A stretch of DNA of 17,191 bases, taken from contig CBDBCJ010000001.1 of assembly GCA_965203095.1 (NCBI GenBank), positions 1-17,191 on the forward strand, read 5' to 3'. A model generated the notes under the pieces. That model searched no databases, was not told the DNA's origin, and saw nothing but the letters and a program-made list of their open reading frames with translations. The position numbers were made by a program, and so were the translations under genes. This stretch comes from Bdellovibrionales bacterium (GTDB lineage: Bacteria; Bdellovibrionota; Bdellovibrionia; Bdellovibrionales; UBA1609). This document shows positions 11,447 to 17,191 of the stretch, piece after piece (position 1 is the stretch's first letter; the number at the start of each line of letters is the position of its first letter).

Positions 11447-12079
11447 TTAAGGGCTAATTGGCCTAAAATGGCCCTTTTCATCAAATGTGTAAAAAAAGGA
11501 GTACGGATTAAAGCAATTTTTCACATTTTTTGGTGTTTTTAAGCATGACAAACTTGAGCAATTGCTTTCAGAGAGTTTTAAACAAAAATGGAAATTAAAT
11601 CCCGTTTCTAGAGCCCGACAAAGAGGGAAAAAGAGGTAAAAATCATCAGTAAAATCAATTGTTTGCCAATTTGCAGCATTTCAGACAAAAGTTGAACTAA
11701 TGGTACGTACACTTAAAATCATCAGGATTGGAGTTTGAGCGAGAGGGGGGGGGAGTTTTTGCAACATATTATCAAAATTGCAATGCATAGAGGTTGTAAG
11801 ACTTGAGTTTTCACAATTTGGAGGGGTTAAAAAGCAAAAACGTGACTGCAAAGTAAGAAGAACACATTCAAATTTGTACCCAGATCTACAACCTTTAGCA
11901 AAATGCGTCAAAATGGCAAAAATAGGCGTGTTTCGTGTTTTGACCACTGAACTTTAAAACAAGATTTCTCGCGATTTAAACCTCGTAGAGAGGTAAAACT
12001 TGACAAAGGTGCTTGAAATGCATCAAAATTTTAGAAAATTAAGAACAAATTACATTTCGAAAAAGTTGGGTATTATTAA

Positions 12080-12554
12080 AGGGGGCACCACACTAAATCC
12101 TTCCACGTTTGGTGGGATACTGGGCAATAGTCCCTCAAAACAATGGCTTTTTTGAGATGTTTTGGCCTCGTTTGGGACTATGAAATAATAAATAGCGGCT
12201 TGTTATATATGAAATGATAATGTAGGGGCTATAGATGAATTTAAAAACGCAAAAAAATTAAATATTGTTTTGATGACGAAAGTAGTCCCGTATGATGCGA
12301 AGGGGGCGATATTGCGTTTTGAGGCTTGAAATCGGGTCAAAAACAGGGAGGGCGCTGTTTACGCGCCCGTACCGCAAAAACTATACCAACAACTACCCAA
12401 ACATTGAAACATATGTTAAATTTTCATCGATTCTGAATCGATTGATACCAAGGAAAGCATTCAAAATGTTGCCCAATAGGCTTCAAATCGACCATTGAAA
12501 TTTAGTATTTTTACGTGTAAGCCTATGGGGAGTTGATTTAGTGTAGTGCCCCCT
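12080..12554. mobile_element. Kolobok/T2-like MITE copy 11
   Basis: Same TIR pair and flanking TTAA. Confidence 0.85.
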
Positions 12555-13189
12555 TTAAGGGCTAATTGGCCTAAAATGGCCCTTTTCATCAAATGTGTAA
12601 AAAAAGGAGTACGGATTAAAGCAATTTTTCACATTTTTTGGTGTTTTTAAGCATGACAAACTTGAGCAATTGCTTTCAGAGAGTTTTAAACAAAAATGGA
12701 AATTAAATCCCGTTTCTAGAGCCCGACAAAGAGGGAAAAAGAGGTAAAAATCATCAGTAAAATCAATTGTTTGCCAATTTGGCAGCATTTCAGACAAAAG
12801 TTGAACTAATGGTACGTACACTTAACATCATCAGGATTGGAGTTTGAGCGAGAGGGGGGGGGGAGTTTTTGCAACATATTATCAAAATTGCAATGCATAG
12901 AGGTTGTAAGACTTGAGTTTTCACAATTTGGAGGGGTTAAAAAGCAAAAACGTGACTGCAAAGTAAGAAGAACACATTCAAATTTGTACCCAGATCTACA
13001 ACCTTTAGCAAAATGCGTCAAAATGGCAAAAATAGGCGTGTTTCGTGTTTTGACCACTGAACTTTAAAACAAGATTTCTCGCGATTTAAACCTCGTAGAG
13101 AGGTAAAACTTGACAAAGGTGCTTGAAATGCATCAAAATTTTAGAAAATTAAGAACAAATTACATTTCGAAAAAGTTGGGTATTATTAA

Positions 13190-13663
13190 AGGGGGCACCA
13201 CACTAAATCCTTCCACGTTTGGTGGGATACTGGGCAATAGTCCCTCAAAACAATGGCTTTTTTGAGATGTTTTGGCCTCGTTTGGGACTATGAAATAATA
13301 AATAGCGGCTTGTTATATATGAAATGATAATGTAGGGGCTATAGATGAATTTAAAAACGCAAAAAAATTAAATATTGTTTTGATGACGAAAGTAGTCCCG
13401 TATGATGCGAAGGGGGCGATATTGCGTTTTGAGGCTTGAAATCGGGTCAAAAACAGGGAGGGCGCTGTTTACGCGCCCGTACCGCAAAAACTATACCAAC
13501 AACTACCCAAACATTGAAACATATGTTAAATTTTCATCGATTCTGAATCGATTGATACCAAGAAAGCATTCAAAATGTTGCCCAATAGGCTTCAAATCGA
13601 CCATTGAAATTTAGTATTTTTACGTGTAAGCCTATGGGGAGTTGATTTAGTGTAGTGCCCCCT
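13190..13663. mobile_element. Kolobok/T2-like MITE copy 12
   Basis: Same TIR pair and flanking TTAA. Confidence 0.85.
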
Positions 13664-14298
13664 TTAAGGGCTAATTGGCCTAAAATGGCCCTTTTCATCA
13701 AATGTGTAAAAAAAGGAGTACGGATTTAAAGCAATTTTTCACATTTTTTGGTGTTTTTAAGCATGACAAACTTGAGCAATTGCTTTCAGAGAGTTTTAAA
13801 CAAAAATGGAAATTAAATCCCGTTTCTAGAGCCCGACAAAGAGGGAAAAAGAGGTAAAAATCATCAGTAAAATCAATTGTTTGCCAATTTGCAGCATTTC
13901 AGACAAAAGTTGAACTAATGGTACGTACACTTTAACATCATCAGGATTGGAGTTTGAGCGGAGGGGGGGGGGAGTTTTTGCAACATATTATCAAAATTGC
14001 AATGCATAGAGGTTGTAAGACTTGAGTTTTCACAATTTGGAGGGGTTAAAAAGCAAAAACGTGACTGCAAAGTAAGAAGAACACATTCAAATTTGTACCC
14101 AGATCTACAACCTTTAGCAAAATGCGTCAAAATGGCAAAAATAGGCGTGTTTCGTGTTTTGACCACTGAACTTTAAAACAAGATTTCTCGCGATTTAAAC
14201 CTCGTAGAGAGGTAAAACTTGACAAAGGTGCTTGAAATGCATCAAAATTTTAGAAAATTAAGAACAAATTACATTTCGAAAAAGTTGGGTATTATTAA

Positions 14299-14774
14299 AG
14301 GGGGCACCACACTAAATCCTTCCACGTTTGTGTGGGATACTGGGCAATAGTCCCTCAAAACAATGGCTTTTTTGAGATGTTTTGGCCTCGTTTGGGACTA
14401 TGAAATAATAAATAGCGGCTTGTTATATATGAAATGATAATGTAGGGGCTATAGATGAATTTAAAAACGCAAAAAAATTAAATATTGTTTTGATGACGAA
14501 AGTAGTCCCGTATGATGCGAAGGGGGCGATATTGCGTTTTGAGGCTTGAAATCGGGTCAAAAACAGGGAGGGCGCTGTTTACGCGCCCGTACCGCAAAAA
14601 ACTATACCAACAACTACCCAAACATTGAAACATATGTTAAATTTTCATCGATTCTGAATCGATTGATACCAAGAAAGCATTCAAAATGTTGCCCAATAGG
14701 CTTCAAATCGACCATTGAAATTTAGTATTTTTACGTGTAAGCCTATGGGGAGTTGATTTAGTGTAGTGCCCCCT
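14299..14774. mobile_element. Kolobok/T2-like MITE copy 13
   Basis: Same TIR pair and flanking TTAA. Confidence 0.85.
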
Positions 14775-15409
14775 TTAAGGGCTAATTGGCCTAAAATGGC
14801 CCTTTTCATCAAATGTGTAAAAAAAGGAGTACGGATTAAAGCAATTTTTCACATTTTTTGGTGTTTTTAAGCATGACAAACTTGAGCAATTGCTTTCAGA
14901 GAGTTTTAAACAAAAATGGAAATTAAATCCCGTTTCTAGAGCCCGACAAAGAGGGAAAAAGAGGTAAAAATCATCAGTAAAATCAATTGTTTGCCAATTT
15001 GCAGCATTTCAGACAAAAGTTGAACTAATGGTACGTACACTTAAAATCATCAGGATTGGAGTTTGAGCGGAGGGGGGGGGGGAGTTTTTGCAACATATTA
15101 TCAAAATTGCAATGCATAGAGGTTGTAAGACTTGAGTTTTCACAATTTGGAGGGGTTAAAAAGCAAAAAACGTGACTGCAAAGTAAGAAGAACACATTCA
15201 AATTTGTACCCAGATCTACAACCTTTAGCAAAATGCGTCAAAATGGCAAAAATAGGCGTGTTTCGTGTTTTGACCACTGAACTTTAAAACAAGATTTCTC
15301 GCGATTTAAACCTCGTAGAGAGGTAAAACTTGACAAAGGTGCTTGAAATGCATCAAAATTTTAGAAAATTAAGAACAAATTACATTTCGAAAAAGTTGGG
15401 TATTATTAA

Positions 15410-15884
15410 AGGGGGCACCACACTAAATCCTTCCACGTTTGGTGGGATACTGGGCAATAGTCCCTCAAAACAATGGCTTTTTTTGAGATGTTTTGGCCTC
15501 GTTTGGGACTATGAAATAATAAATAGCGGCTTGTTATATATGAAATGATAATGTAGGGGCTATAGATGAATTTAAAAACGCAAAAAAATTAAATATTGTT
15601 TTGATGACGAAAGTAGTCCCGTATGATGCGAAGGGGGCGGTATTGCGTTTTGAGGCTTGAAATCGGGTCAAAAACAGGGAGGGCGCTGTTTACGCGCCCG
15701 TACCACAAAAACTATACCAACAACTACCCAAACATTGAAACATATGTTAAATTTTCATCGATTCTGAATCGATTGATACCAAGAAAGCATTCAAAATGTT
15801 GCCCAATAGGCTTCAAATCGACCATTGAAATTTAGTATTTTTACGTGTAAGCCTATGGGGAGTTGATTTAGTGTAGTGCCCCCT
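15410..15884. mobile_element. Kolobok/T2-like MITE copy 14 (B/A chimeric copy)
   Basis: Same TIR pair and flanking TTAA. B alleles up to 15563, A alleles from 15640. Confidence 0.85.
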
Positions 15885-17191
15885 TTAAGGGCTAATTGGC
15901 CTAAAATGGCCCTTTTCATCAAATGTGTAAAAAAAGGAGTACGGATTAAAGCAATTTTTCACATTTTTTGGTGTTTTTAAGCATGACAAACTTGAGCAAT
16001 TGCTTTCAGAGAGTTTTAAACAAAAATGGAAATTAAATCCCGTTTCTAGAGCCCGACAAAGAGGGAAAAAGAGGTAAAAATCATCAGTAAAATCAATTGT
16101 TTGCCAATTTGCAGCATTTCAGACAAAAGTTGAACTAATGGTACGTACCCTTAACATCATCAGCATTGGAGTTTGAGCGGAGGGGGGGGGGGAGTTTTTG
16201 CAACATATTATCAAAATTGCAATACATAGAGGTTGTAAGACTTGAGTTTTCACGATTTGGAGGGGTTAAAAAGCAACAACATGACTGCAAATAAAAAGAA
16301 CACATTCAAATTTGTACCCAGATCTACAACATTTAGCAAAATGCGTCAAAATGGCAAAAATGGGCGTGTTTCGTGTTTTGACCACTGAACTTTAAAACAA
16401 GATTTCTCGCGATTTAAACCTCGTAGAGAGATAAAACTTGACAAAGGTGCTTGAAATGCATCAAAATTTTAGAAAATTAAGAAAAAATTACATTTCGAAA
16501 AAGTTGGGTATTATTAAAGGGGGCACCACACTAAATCCTTCCACGTTTGGTGGGATACTGGGCAATAGTCCCTCAAAACAATGGCTTTTTTGAGATGTTT
16601 TGGCCTCGTTTGGGACTATCAAATAATAAATAGCGGCTTGTTATATATGAAATGATAATGTAGGGGCTACAGATGAATTTAAAAACGCAAAAAAATTAAA
16701 TATTGTTTTGATGACGAAAGTAGTCCCGTATGATGCGAAGGGGGCGGTATTGCGTTTTGAGGCTTGAAATCGGGTCAAAAACAGGGAGGGCGCTGTTTAC
16801 GCGCCCGTACCACAAAAACTATACCAACAACTACCCAAACATTGAAACATATGTTAAATTTTCATCGATTCTGAATCGATTGATACCAAGAAAGCATTCA
16901 AAATGTTGCCCAATAGGCTTCAAATCGACCATTGAAATTTAGTATTTTTACGTGTAAGCCTATGGGGAGTTGATTTAGTGTAGTGCCCCCTTTAAGGGCT
17001 AATTGGCCTAAAATGGCCCTTTTCATCAAATGTGTAAAAAAAGGAGTACGGATTAAAGCAATTTTTCACATTTTTTGGTGTTTTTAAGCATGACAAACTT
17101 GAGCAATTGCTTTCAGAGAGTTTTAAACAAAAATGGAAATTAAATCCCGTTTCTAGAGCCCGACAAAGAGGGAAAAAGAGGTAAAAATCAT
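15640..17191. repeat. Variant-A monomer block (right)
   Basis: The A allele set returns from 15640 onward. Confidence 0.85.
16518..16991. mobile_element. Kolobok/T2-like MITE copy 15
   Basis: Same TIR pair and flanking TTAA. Confidence 0.85.

Larger units (their letters stand above)
2013..15563. repeat. Variant-B monomer block (~12.2 monomers)
   Basis: B alleles, e.g. CTATAG, GGCGAT, GTACCGC, GTACACTTAA, CAAAGTAAGAAG, AATAGGCG; first B allele at 2013, last at 15563. Confidence 0.85.
1..17191. repeat. Tandem array (satellite/macrosatellite), ~1,109-bp monomer x ~15.5
   Basis: The anchor CTTGTTATATATGAAATG recurs at 1, 1110, 2219, 3328, 4438, 5547, 6655, 7766, 8874, 9985, 11092, 12199, 13309, 14419, 15530 and 16637 (period 1107-1111). 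Copies are about 98-100% identical with no interrupting unique sequence. Confidence 0.99.

Noticed and set aside
1..17191. Tandem snRNA (U1/U2/U6), 5S rRNA or tRNA gene cluster, suggested by the ~1.1-kb period
   Set aside because: I found no U1 (ATACTTACCTG), U2 (ATCGCTTCTCGGCC), U6, 5S or tRNA T-loop (GGTTCGANTCC) signature on either strand by eye. An Rfam scan would be the definitive test.
1..17191. CRISPR array or other repeat/unique-spacer system
   Set aside because: Sequences between the TIRs are near-identical in every unit; no unique spacers and no cas-like ORFs.
1..17191. Rolling-circle concatemer of a single small circular genome or plasmid
   Set aside because: No Rep or capsid ORF, and two consistent allele sets arranged A-B-A cannot come from one circular template.

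Overview
The whole 17,191-bp window is one head-to-tail tandem array of a ~1,109-bp AT-rich monomer (~15.5 copies, running off both ends). I see no credible protein-coding or RNA gene; the ORF track repeats the same few short ORFs, which open and close with 1-bp indels. Each monomer carries a complete ~474-bp non-autonomous DNA transposon (MITE) with 20-bp terminal inverted repeats (AGGGGGCACCACACTAAATC ... GATTTAGTGTAGTGCCCCCT, 1 mismatch) flanked by TTAA on both sides. That TTAA|AGG...CCT|TTAA signature matches the Kolobok superfamily / T2-type MITEs. The other ~635 bp of the monomer contains a poly-G tract and a possible second, orphan TTAA-type terminus. Two monomer variants (A and B, ~17 diagnostic differences) are arranged A-B-A, with both switch points inside monomers. 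The B block carries many private 1-bp insertions that look like long-read errors. Best reading: a eukaryotic MITE-containing satellite/macrosatellite; the organism cannot be determined from the sequence.
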